Shown here in pieces: positions 55,878 to 64,000 of a stretch of 64,000 bases of DNA. The stretch lies in contig DNHS01000051.1 of the NCBI GenBank assembly GCA_003485765.1, forward strand, positions 71,747 to 135,746, in the 5' to 3' direction. The translations under genes were made by a program, and so were the position numbers. Position 1 is the first letter of the stretch; each line of letters begins with the position of its first letter. Below the pieces are notes generated by a model. It made no database searches, was not told the DNA's origin, and worked only from the letters and a program-made list of their open reading frames with translations. Origin of the DNA: Candidatus Omnitrophota bacterium (GTDB lineage: Bacteria; Omnitrophota; Gorgyraeia; Gorgyraeales; Gorgyraeaceae).

Positions 55878-58800
55878 CTACAAACTGCTTCTAATTGCAG
55901 TACCTATCCCACTATGGCCTGATAATTCTCCAGAAATTAAACCTTTCTCTCTTAATATATAGTCTCTAATAATACCTGATGCCTGGTCATAGACCCTATT
56001 AAAATCTCCTTCTTCTTTTGCAATAGCTCGCGCAACTGCAATTGCATTGACCGCAATAAGAAGGCCTGTTCCATTGTATATTGCGGCGCCATGTTCACTT
56101 GACTTTGTTAAGAAAGCATTTACAGGTTCAGGCCTATAATTTAGATCGACTGCTATAGTGCCTTTTTTCATAGCTGCGTGAAGACTATCTGAGAGAGGCG
56201 ATTCAGATGGATCCTTCTTGCCAACGCCAGTAGTATTAACCACAATATCAGATCTCTCAAGAGTCCTATATAGTAAAGCCTGATCATCAGGTGTAACAGC
56301 ATAGAAATTAATATCAGCATCAGGAAATTTCTGTTTCAAGCGAGCTGCAACTGCTCTTCCTCTTTCTACATCAAGATCTGTAATAGAAATAGAACTAGCT
56401 CCCTGTTCCAACATACTAAAAGCTATTGCGCTTCCAGTTGCGCCAGCCCCTCCTAAAATAGTTACCCTCTTATTTTGTAGTAAACCAACCTCGCTTTCAT
56501 ACCATCTTACCCATGCATTTCCACCTTCATTGCCTCCTAAGATACCACCTTCGCCATCTTTATACACAAAGTCAAAACCAGTTCCTTCTGCTCCACCTGT
56601 TCTTTGAATTTTAGAAAGATGCTCTGCAACTAAATATTTGAATGATTCGCCAGTATCAAAACCTACAAACTTATTACTGGATAAAAACATTGCCATAACC
56701 TCTTTCCAGCCTGCCAAATCATCTCCAGCAACCTCATATGGAAGATACACAATGTTCAATCCAAGCTCCTTAAACACACTGTTGAAAAGCTCATGAGTCG
56801 TAGATCCTCCTGGTTTGCCTATATCTAAGCCTTTTCCAATATGTAACATAAATTTCGTATCTGAGTTAAGGCGATCAGCATAACCAAGCCTACGAGCTGT
56901 GACTACCAAATCCTCTTCAAATGCTCGCACAGTAGTTATTAATGCCTGTTCGCTTTCTTTTTTATTACCAATCGGCACAGTCGCTCCAAGCAAAAGTTCT
57001 CTCTCAGTTACTTTTTCTTTTCCAATCATTGCTTCTTTAGTCATTGCGAGAAGAGCTTCCAAATCGACAATCGAAGCAACCTCTTTTTCAAAATTTACAT
57101 CCTCTAAAACCTTATTAATTGCCTCTGCAACAACGCCTGCCCCCTGAGCAAGGTCTCTAGCTGCAGCCATATTTATATTTATTCCTTGTTCTCCAGCATT
57201 TACCATAAAGGTCATGAGCCCTTTAAGCATATCTCTCAGGAATTCGTTTCCCTCGCTAGCGATCATTTCGTTTAAAACTTCAATAGCGCTAGAAGCATCG
57301 CCATTTCCAAGATTTTTAACTAAATAATCGTATAAAATCTGATACTTCGGAGCTTCGTAAGCGAGCTGTAATTCTGCTAATTTCCTTGCAAACTCTGCAT
57401 CATCTGGATTGGCTTTATATTGCTGCATCAGAAAGGCCAATGGAAGTAGTTTGTTATACTCCCATTCTGTAAAATGCCCATATTCTTTACGCAACAACGC
57501 CTGTAATATTATTTTATATCTTTCATCAGCCGCCATCTTAGGAAGGTTTTCTACTAACAATGGGTGAAGCTCTAATCTTCTCTCCTCAATCTCTCCCTTG
57601 TCATGGTCCAAGCCAAATCTCACTCCTATTACTGGGTCACCAGGTTTGCCTTCTAAGGTCTCACCAGTGTCTATCATTTCCCCCATGCCAGCTAAATCTT
57701 TCTGATCCTTAAGTATCCCCTTAAGATCCTCTTTAAAATCTTGCGCGTTCCTATGTTGTATACCAGGGGATCTCCAGTCCTGATTCGAAGCCTCTTCTCT
57801 TAAAACCCTCTCGTATTCTTTCGCAGTTCGAGAAAGATCTGCTTTGAGATAGTCATTGGCATCTGACTCGCTTATTGTCACATAGCCTGAAAGCTCCGAT
57901 GCGCCGAAACCAATGCCTGTCTCAGTTCCCGGGTAAAAACTAAAAATCTTCCATTTTTCTGTTCTCGGGCAAAGCAATACTCTATGATTGCCATCTGCAT
58001 CAACAACAAAAACACGGTTATAAGGCATGTTTTTACCTACCATGTCTTCTAAATCTATCCTTTCTCGTTCTGAAATCCCGACAATATCCTTGGATGCAAA
58101 TGACCTAGTATTGACAGGCCACCCAGAGAGATAACCTGTTGTCACTGACACAGATGTATCAGATACAGCATCTTCAACAACATTTACACTGCCTCTTTCT
58201 ATATTGCTCCATATAGGAGATCTACCTTTCTTAAATTGCGAGTGGAAATGGTACCTGCTGGCTCCAGACTCTGCGCTATTGTCAAAACCTTCCCATTCTG
58301 GGCCAAGTCTCTCCATGAAAAAATGTGTTGCTTCTAACAAATTAGCATTATTTCCAACCAGGCATTGAGAATAATTCTTTTTACTAACCAGCAAGATATG
58401 ATCTTCTGCATAAGGATTGATATTGGCAATTACATAATATTCCTCTCCGTCCAACTCCACAATAAAAAGTATTTGATGGGAAAGCTTGGTGCATAAAATA
58501 CAATCTTCTGTGCTTTCAGTGCCATGGAGACCTCTTACGTCTTTAGGCGCCTCAGGTAATACTGGTAAATCGCTGCTTACTGCTAAAACTTTTTCTTCTG
58601 CCCTAGCTTTTCTTACATATTCCAATCTAGGAAGTACAGCTATCAATTCTGCGCTGGCGCCATTTGAAAGCTCGAAAGGCGTCCTCTCTATCTTAAGCTC
58701 ATAGTTAATAACTGGCGTGCCATCTATCCATCTGGCATTCTTAACCCTTTCTAAACCTTCTTCGATCTTCTCAGCAAGCGACATGTCATCTCTTAAATTA

Positions 58801-61800
58801 TATCTGTCGATCGGCAGGATAGACTCTATGAGACTGTAAAGAGTGTAATATTCTTCCTCGGGTAGCTTATTATTTACTGCTTGAATATTAGCTGCTTCTC
58901 TTACTGAAAAATAAGACAACTCCTCTGGCAGATTATCTGCCAGGCTAATCAGCGTATCGTGTAAATATGACGATACAGGACCAGAGCCTGCGAAATCAAT
59001 AAATGCCTGCTTAACTACTGTCGGTTTCCCTTTAAAACTTGCTTCCATCTTAATCATTATTTCTTGACGCATTTTTGCTTCTAACTCTATATCCATAAAT
59101 GTATTCCAGTCAATTTCTCTAAGCTCCTGCAAGGTATAGCGCTCTCCAACTGTTTTTGCTACTTTATCTCCTTTGGCCTTACTCTTTGGATCATAACCAA
59201 TAGGCACTTCTATCCGTACATGACCTGAAGGAAAATCCTCATCCTGTAACCCCTCATGGAATACATCTGCTATTATTGCCTCAGTAGCTTTTATTTCTTT
59301 ATCCCAAATAACCTTGTGCACTATGCTTTTTTCTGCCTGTAACTTCATGGCCGTTGTGTCAACAATATAACTGTACTCAGCTTTTATTAATCCTACTGTA
59401 TTATGTACAACACTATTCACAATACTGCTTCCTGGCCAGAGTATTGTGTGGCCACTCACTATAGCATTCTTAATATACACTCCCTCCACTGTAGTGCCTT
59501 CACGGACTTCGTCAGCTGTAAGCACCACCTCGCGCCCTGTTGGCGTCTGGAAACGAACCAATGCGCCTTTTTCTAATCCAAGGCCATGCATCATCCTTAA
59601 TTCTTCTGCTCGCAATTTTTCTGTTAGAACTGCTTTTCTATGGTTAAGCTCTCCTGAACTTTCAACAGTTGCAATCTCTCCACTTAGGTCTGCTAACAGG
59701 TCTAATCGTTCATTCAAAATGTCACGCGCCCCACGGAATGTCACCCATTGCGCGCCCTCTCCTAAGTCAATTGACCCTACCACTGGAGCTCCTTCTTTAG
59801 GAAAGATTCTAGGATTATCCCTATTGAGTAAATAGTACTCTATTACCTCATAGCCAAATTCTCCGAGCTCTCCATCTACAGCCTTTGCCCCAAGTTTCTC
59901 TCTTATATGAAGAGGAAGTTTTGAGCCAAGCTTTATTGCATGCTGTCGTAATATATCTTGTCTATTCTCTTGTGGCAAGTTGCGAAACTCATTCTCTATA
60001 TCTAATCCCTTTAATCCTTCAATTAAAGCTACAAGTGGCTGGACAAAATGTGGGTCAAAGTCGCGTGCTTTGCCTTCCTTTTCAAGATCGCTTCCTTTTT
60101 CTACCTCTTTAAAAACACCTCTCATCTTCCAGTACTCTAATAAACTAAACCACATCTCATTATCTATTGAAAACGACCCAAAGTCATATGCTACTGTGCC
60201 TTCGTGTGATAATAGAGTCTCAAGTTGTGCCAATTTTGCCTTGGCCTCTTCAAGGTTCTTTTCTAATCCTAACTTTACCAAAAGCATTGCAGGGTCTTCT
60301 CCGTCTCTATTCAATACCTTTGGCAATTGGTCAATACGCACATAACGTACATTGTCTCCTATCTTTATAGGTTTGGCAAATCTCTTGTTACCATAAAAGT
60401 CTACAATCGCTCCGTCATTAGTCACTGCTGCTGTTCCAAAGTCGTGTATTTCTTTAGGATTTATATCGCTTCGGTTCATCGCCACAAGGAATTTTGTAAA
60501 TGGCGCATCTGTCCGCTTTAATGCATTGTGTGGAACTGTCCCAGCTATCATTTGGCTTGTCCAGAAAACATCCACCCTTGTGCCTGGATTTGTAGTGGCA
60601 AAATGACTGCTATTAAGCACAACATCATTTATTAATTCTGTATCCATGAGGTCTCCGCTTCGCGTCTTAATGCTCCCAGCCATCTTTTGTCTGCCACGAG
60701 CATTCCCAAGCCCTTGAGTCAGTGGACTGAACCGCGATGCCATCCCAGCATCCGCAAACATACCTATTTTAACTTTACCATCACGCACTTCTGCGCGTAG
60801 TTCTCCAAGACCTCTTCTATCATATAATTGTTCTGCCTGTCGCCACATCTCGCCAACACCAATTACTTGCCCAGCTGTTGTAGCTGTCCCAATCGCAACT
60901 GATAAAACTATGACATCTCTGTCATTTACCGTCTTTACTCCTTTAAAGAGCTGATTAAAGGACCTTTGCTTATATTCTGCTTCATCTTCTGTAGATGAGC
61001 CGATAATATAGACATCATAACCAGCAAATGGTTTGTCAGGATCTAAGAGAGAATGCATTAACTCAATGTTCCTGCGGCGAGTAGCAACTTTCTGGGTAAA
61101 TACGGAGAGTTTTTGTTTGATGGAAAACGCTGTATGGCGGGCAGCTATTTCACGAACAATGAATCCAATGGTATGATACCATAACCAACTAAAGATAGTC
61201 TGTAGTGTCAGTGGAGGCGCATGCGATGGATCTGCTCTCCAATGCGATAGTTCTTCTGCCACAACTGAGATATCTACTGCATACGCTGGGTGAATTATAA
61301 TTTCATTACCACGCCGTACGCCCGCCTGGAATAGGCCTAACTCATCTTTTGATGTTGCTAGCCGAACTTTGTTATTAGAATCATTGCTCCATTCTGTCTT
61401 TAATGCGCTATCTGAATTAAGTACAGCTTGAACTGTCTCTTCTAAAACTTCATCTGCCCCTTCTATCTCTACTACCTTCTTGCGCTTCCATATCTTTGCC
61501 GCCTCTACAATGCCCCACACTATAACTCCAACTCCAAAGCCTAATGTACCAATCCAACCTATATTAAACACTATATCTATTAACATAGGCAACTCTCCTG
61601 CTACTCCCTCTAAATACACCTTCATCCCGACTGCCATGCCTGACAATACTAGCAGTAATGCCCCTAATCGCGCCTGAAATGCTGGTGAATGTGGCTGGAC
61701 AGATGGAGGAGGCGCGGAGGAGGTTGTCCGCATGAACTGGTTGTTTCGTCGCACGCGTAATAGTGTCCATGCGCCAAGCGCCAAGAGTCCTAAACTCACC

Positions 61801-63992
61801 AATAAAATAGCACCCCAGTGAGGCTGAGAGATAAGTTGCGTGGCAGGATAACCAAGTTGTCGATAGCCCTCCATAGCGCTACTCGCGCCGTTATAGAGAT
61901 CATTTGAATACCTTGTTTGTCGATAGGCCTCATATACCAACGTAGAAATGACCAATACTGGAATTAATAAAATCGAATACATAAGAGTAACCTGCTGCCA
62001 AATAAAAAACCACATCTTCTTCAATGCAGGCATACCCGGTTGAACTCCGCGCGAAGTTGTCCTTGCCCAGAATGAATCAAGGCCTCCTAGATGTTGTCGT
62101 AGTGTCAAAATAGCCGAAGGGATCATCGATAGATAGTATAATGGCATAAGAAACGAAAGAAGCAAAAGATGAATACGCATATAGCGCAATGGCCCCACTT
62201 TCGCAATACCAAATAATAACCTGCCTTCACGAACTGTTCTAATTTTATTTTCGATGAATGCCACAAGTGCTTTGTTATCTTTGGCGCGCGCTTTTTTAAG
62301 TTCGTTTTCCAGATTCTTGATTGCCTTCTCAACAAGCGTTTCATCATCAGGATTTGAGCCAATGCGACTGCTGTATATCGCCAGTAATATCACAAAGATA
62401 GACGGAACAAGCAATAGTACAAAACCTGTCATCGTATCTGGGATAAACCAGAATAACTCAGGGATAAGTGTATTTATCAAATCCGTGCCAGGTATTGATA
62501 GCTTTGTGAGAATTGGAGAATAATAAGAAACCCCATACAAAATGGTCGATAAGAAAAAAAAGGTTGTCATGAACGCTGATGGAGTCCCTGAGATGATAGT
62601 GAAAATATGATAGAAATTAAAAACTCCTCCATACTGACTAAGGAGATTTTCTCGATCTTCGAGTTTGAGCTTACCTGTCCTAAAGGCATATTGATAGTAC
62701 ACCCATCCAATGAATCGTCCTACTAATGCTCCGACCACAAATCCAACTACCGCCCCTGCGATACCTAAAGGGATGTATTCACGAGAAGCAAATAAGGCCC
62801 CAAATATTCCCATCCCAATAAATGAACCTATATACATGCCAAAATCAGCAGGATATTTTAGAAGTTTAGCAAACGGTGCCATAGAAATCCATCGCGAACG
62901 CTGATAGACCCACGGGGAGTTCCACGGCGGAGAAATTTCTGGTAATCCGCCCTCATAAGTTTCGCTGGCAAATTCGTCAAACATTTGCACTCTAAGGCCC
63001 CAACGTCGCAGTTTAGAACCTAAATCAGCATCTTCAATTACATCATATTGGTCATGAGAAAACATCGGACGGAGATTATTGAACTGGGACAATACAAGCT
63101 TAGTATTGCGCACGCTATGCTCACTTATGGGTAATTCAGATACTTTTTCTCTAATAGACAAAAGCGCTGTTTGCAATTCTCCTCGTTTAGTGCCTTTTTC
63201 TCGAAAATGTTTTGCAAGAAAGTTGTTAGTGGTTCCATCAATAGGGAATGGAGAATTCTTGTTAATTAAGTGGTTTTCTACAAAATTTGACCTCGGCCTG
63301 AGCATCTGAATTAACCATTGCGCAGTCGCAAATCCAATAGGAGAAGCAATAAAAAATCCAATTATTATCCATACAACGCCCAATGGAGCCATCAACCAAC
63401 CAATAAGCACGCCAAACATTAACCCAAATGGAAAACTTATTTCAGCTCGATGCGAGACTAATCCCCGCTTGATAAGAGACCATGATCTGTAGTCCATAGG
63501 ATAAACAGATGACATTGCATCTGTTCCCTCATAAGGCATCAGAGACAATATACCTTGGAGAATCGCTGGAATACTTTGTGCCTCAAACTCGCTCTGTACG
63601 AAGGTAGCTTCGTCAGGATAGATATCATTAAAACTCTGCCTTATCTGATCTATGCTTGAATTACCACTATAACCTGACAAAAGTTTAGTATAATCGCGAT
63701 ATTGTTCAGCAAGATGGCGCGGAAGATCAAATTGGATCCCTGCGCGAATTGCTTCTTTATACAATTCAGGGTTTTCTTTTCTGATATGGTCTGGCCGTAG
63801 CCGATCATAATCAACAACTCCTGACTCAGTCTGCATATACTGCCATAACATACCTATAAGCTTCATGCGACGCTGAAAAGTAATTGAAACAATCCACGGC
63901 TGTGTAACATTTGGATCGTCCTCTATATCAAAAATTTCATAGATATCAACAACATCATCACCCTTCAAATTATGGTCTGCAAATGCATCCAT
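55878..63992 (-). CDS. Giant multidomain membrane protein (at least 2704 aa; N-terminus may lie beyond the window). ~900-aa polytopic membrane region; nucleotidyltransferase-like plus beta-helix-like region; GalT/HIT-like domain (CILC ... HFHSQ); C-terminal shikimate-dehydrogenase-like domain.
   Basis: C-terminus: STTHELFNSVFKELGLNIVYLPYEV...KRVTILGGAGATGSAIAFSML...IVVNTTGVG...AVDLNYRPEPVNAFL...GAAIYNGTGLLIAVNAIA, collinear with AroE. Mid-protein: IGMFADAGMASRFSPLTQ (NTase-like G-rich loop), hexapeptide-like GALVRFQ...VEGVYIKNAIVSGHTILWPGSSIVNSVV, and EDCILC...RYHFHSQF (CxxC + HxHxQ as in GalT-type HIT enzymes). Many hydrophobic helices in residues ~190-900. No stop upstream in-frame before the window end. 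Confidence 0.7.
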   Translation of the reverse strand: MDAFADHNLKGDDVVDIYEIFDIEDDPNVTQPWIVSITFQRRMKLIGMLWQYMQTESGVVDYDRLRPDHIRKENPELYKEAIRAGIQFDLPRHLAEQYRDYTKLLSGYSGNSSIDQIRQSFNDIYPDEATFVQSEFEAQSIPAILQGILSLMPYEGTDAMSSVYPMDYRSWSLIKRGLVSHRAEISFPFGLMFGVLIGWLMAPLGVVWIIIGFFIASPIGFATAQWLIQMLRPRSNFVENHLINKNSPFPIDGTTNNFLAKHFREKGTKRGELQTALLSIREKVSELPISEHSVRNTKLVLSQFNNLRPMFSHDQYDVIEDADLGSKLRRWGLRVQMFDEFASETYEGGLPEISPPWNSPWVYQRSRWISMAPFAKLLKYPADFGMYIGSFIGMGIFGALFASREYIPLGIAGAVVGFVVGALVGRFIGWVYYQYAFRTGKLKLEDRENLLSQYGGVFNFYHIFTIISGTPSAFMTTFFFLSTILYGVSYYSPILTKLSIPGTDLINTLIPELFWFIPDTMTGFVLLLVPSIFVILLAIYSSRIGSNPDDETLVEKAIKNLENELKKARAKDNKALVAFIENKIRTVREGRLLFGIAKVGPLRYMRIHLLLLSFLMPLYYLSMIPSAILTLRQHLGGLDSFWARTTSRGVQPGMPALKKMWFFIWQQVTLMYSILLIPVLVISTLVYEAYRQTRYSNDLYNGASSAMEGYRQLGYPATQLISQPHWGAILLVSLGLLALGAWTLLRVRRNNQFMRTTSSAPPPSVQPHSPAFQARLGALLLVLSGMAVGMKVYLEGVAGELPMLIDIVFNIGWIGTLGFGVGVIVWGIVEAAKIWKRKKVVEIEGADEVLEETVQAVLNSDSALKTEWSNDSNNKVRLATSKDELGLFQAGVRRGNEIIIHPAYAVDISVVAEELSHWRADPSHAPPLTLQTIFSWLWYHTIGFIVREIAARHTAFSIKQKLSVFTQKVATRRRNIELMHSLLDPDKPFAGYDVYIIGSSTEDEAEYKQRSFNQLFKGVKTVNDRDVIVLSVAIGTATTAGQVIGVGEMWRQAEQLYDRRGLGELRAEVRDGKVKIGMFADAGMASRFSPLTQGLGNARGRQKMAGSIKTRSGDLMDTELINDVVLNSSHFATTNPGTRVDVFWTSQMIAGTVPHNALKRTDAPFTKFLVAMNRSDINPKEIHDFGTAAVTNDGAIVDFYGNKRFAKPIKIGDNVRYVRIDQLPKVLNRDGEDPAMLLVKLGLEKNLEEAKAKLAQLETLLSHEGTVAYDFGSFSIDNEMWFSLLEYWKMRGVFKEVEKGSDLEKEGKARDFDPHFVQPLVALIEGLKGLDIENEFRNLPQENRQDILRQHAIKLGSKLPLHIREKLGAKAVDGELGEFGYEVIEYYLLNRDNPRIFPKEGAPVVGSIDLGEGAQWVTFRGARDILNERLDLLADLSGEIATVESSGELNHRKAVLTEKLRAEELRMMHGLGLEKGALVRFQTPTGREVVLTADEVREGTTVEGVYIKNAIVSGHTILWPGSSIVNSVVHNTVGLIKAEYSYIVDTTAMKLQAEKSIVHKVIWDKEIKATEAIIADVFHEGLQDEDFPSGHVRIEVPIGYDPKSKAKGDKVAKTVGERYTLQELREIDWNTFMDIELEAKMRQEIMIKMEASFKGKPTVVKQAFIDFAGSGPVSSYLHDTLISLADNLPEELSYFSVREAANIQAVNNKLPEEEYYTLYSLIESILPIDRYNLRDDMSLAEKIEEGLERVKNARWIDGTPVINYELKIERTPFELSNGASAELIAVLPRLEYVRKARAEEKVLAVSSDLPVLPEAPKDVRGLHGTESTEDCILCTKLSHQILFIVELDGEEYYVIANINPYAEDHILLVSKKNYSQCLVGNNANLLEATHFFMERLGPEWEGFDNSAESGASRYHFHSQFKKGRSPIWSNIERGSVNVVEDAVSDTSVSVTTGYLSGWPVNTRSFASKDIVGISERERIDLEDMVGKNMPYNRVFVVDADGNHRVLLCPRTEKWKIFSFYPGTETGIGFGASELSGYVTISESDANDYLKADLSRTAKEYERVLREEASNQDWRSPGIQHRNAQDFKEDLKGILKDQKDLAGMGEMIDTGETLEGKPGDPVIGVRFGLDHDKGEIEERRLELHPLLVENLPKMAADERYKIILQALLRKEYGHFTEWEYNKLLPLAFLMQQYKANPDDAEFARKLAELQLAYEAPKYQILYDYLVKNLGNGDASSAIEVLNEMIASEGNEFLRDMLKGLMTFMVNAGEQGININMAAARDLAQGAGVVAEAINKVLEDVNFEKEVASIVDLEALLAMTKEAMIGKEKVTERELLLGATVPIGNKKESEQALITTVRAFEEDLVVTARRLGYADRLNSDTKFMLHIGKGLDIGKPGGSTTHELFNSVFKELGLNIVYLPYEVAGDDLAGWKEVMAMFLSSNKFVGFDTGESFKYLVAEHLSKIQRTGGAEGTGFDFVYKDGEGGILGGNEGGNAWVRWYESEVGLLQNKRVTILGGAGATGSAIAFSMLEQGASSISITDLDVERGRAVAARLKQKFPDADINFYAVTPDDQALLYRTLERSDIVVNTTGVGKKDPSESPLSDSLHAAMKKGTIAVDLNYRPEPVNAFLTKSSEHGAAIYNGTGLLIAVNAIAVARAIAKEEGDFNRVYDQASGIIRDYILREKGLISGELSGHSGIGTAIRSSL

Positions 63993-64000
63993 AGCATTAG

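Noticed and set aside
56899-63309. Many 60-130 aa ORFs on both strands inside the giant gene (e.g. 59446-59835, 59980-60345, 61564-61770, 62123-62362)
   Set aside because: Nested in or antisense to the single uninterrupted 8.1-kb reading frame, whose translation shows coherent domain-level similarity along its length.

Overview
This is a low-GC bacterial chromosomal window of about 64 kb, almost entirely coding. The left 18.5 kb is accessory DNA: two integrative elements sit in tandem at the 3' end of a tRNA-Phe gene (minus strand, 18492-18566). Element B (1-7935, left end outside the window) carries the 5' end of a type I restriction hsdR gene, a nuclease-like ORF, an HD-phosphohydrolase/membrane/MazG-like operon, a DUF2958 protein, a polymerase-only family A DNA polymerase, a clamp-loader-like AAA+ ATPase and a DnaC/IstB-like P-loop protein. 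Element A (7936-18491) carries a tyrosine integrase, excisionase, serine recombinase, a repeat-dense non-coding block, an iteron array next to a P-loop replication protein, XRE and MerR regulators, and a three-gene cargo of unknown function next to the att site. The two elements are bounded by ~180-bp direct repeats that end in a 20-bp copy of the tRNA-Phe 3' end and contain paired TGACGTTA motifs. The remaining ~45 kb (18.7-64 kb) is host backbone, every gene on the minus strand: ApbE, pyruvoyl-dependent arginine decarboxylase, a two-component signalling cluster with a HAMP-GAF sensor, agmatinase, a cupin, a deoxyhypusine-synthase-like protein, YajQ, and tRNA-Val and tRNA-Asp on the plus strand. 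Next comes a RiPP-like cluster (radical SAM/SPASM + PqqD-like + HPr-kinase-related protein, with an unannotated Cys-rich 53-aa candidate precursor). Then two separate V/A-type ATPase operons: a Chlamydia/spirochaete-type E-DUF2764-A-B-D-I-K and a full G-C-I-K-F-E-A-B-D. Then a pyrimidine operon pyrR-pyrB-pyrC-(EndoQ-like)-pyrK-pyrD-pyrF-pyrE with a PyrR attenuator, a BrnT/BrnA toxin-antitoxin pair, and a giant ORF of at least 2704 aa. The giant protein fuses a polytopic membrane region to nucleotidyltransferase-like, GalT/HIT-like and shikimate-dehydrogenase-like domains. A palindromic repeat family (AACTTTACA...TGTAAAGTT) occurs five times, mostly between pyr genes and next to tRNAs. No rRNA or CRISPR array was seen. 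All calls are from reading translations and motifs by eye; no database searches were run.
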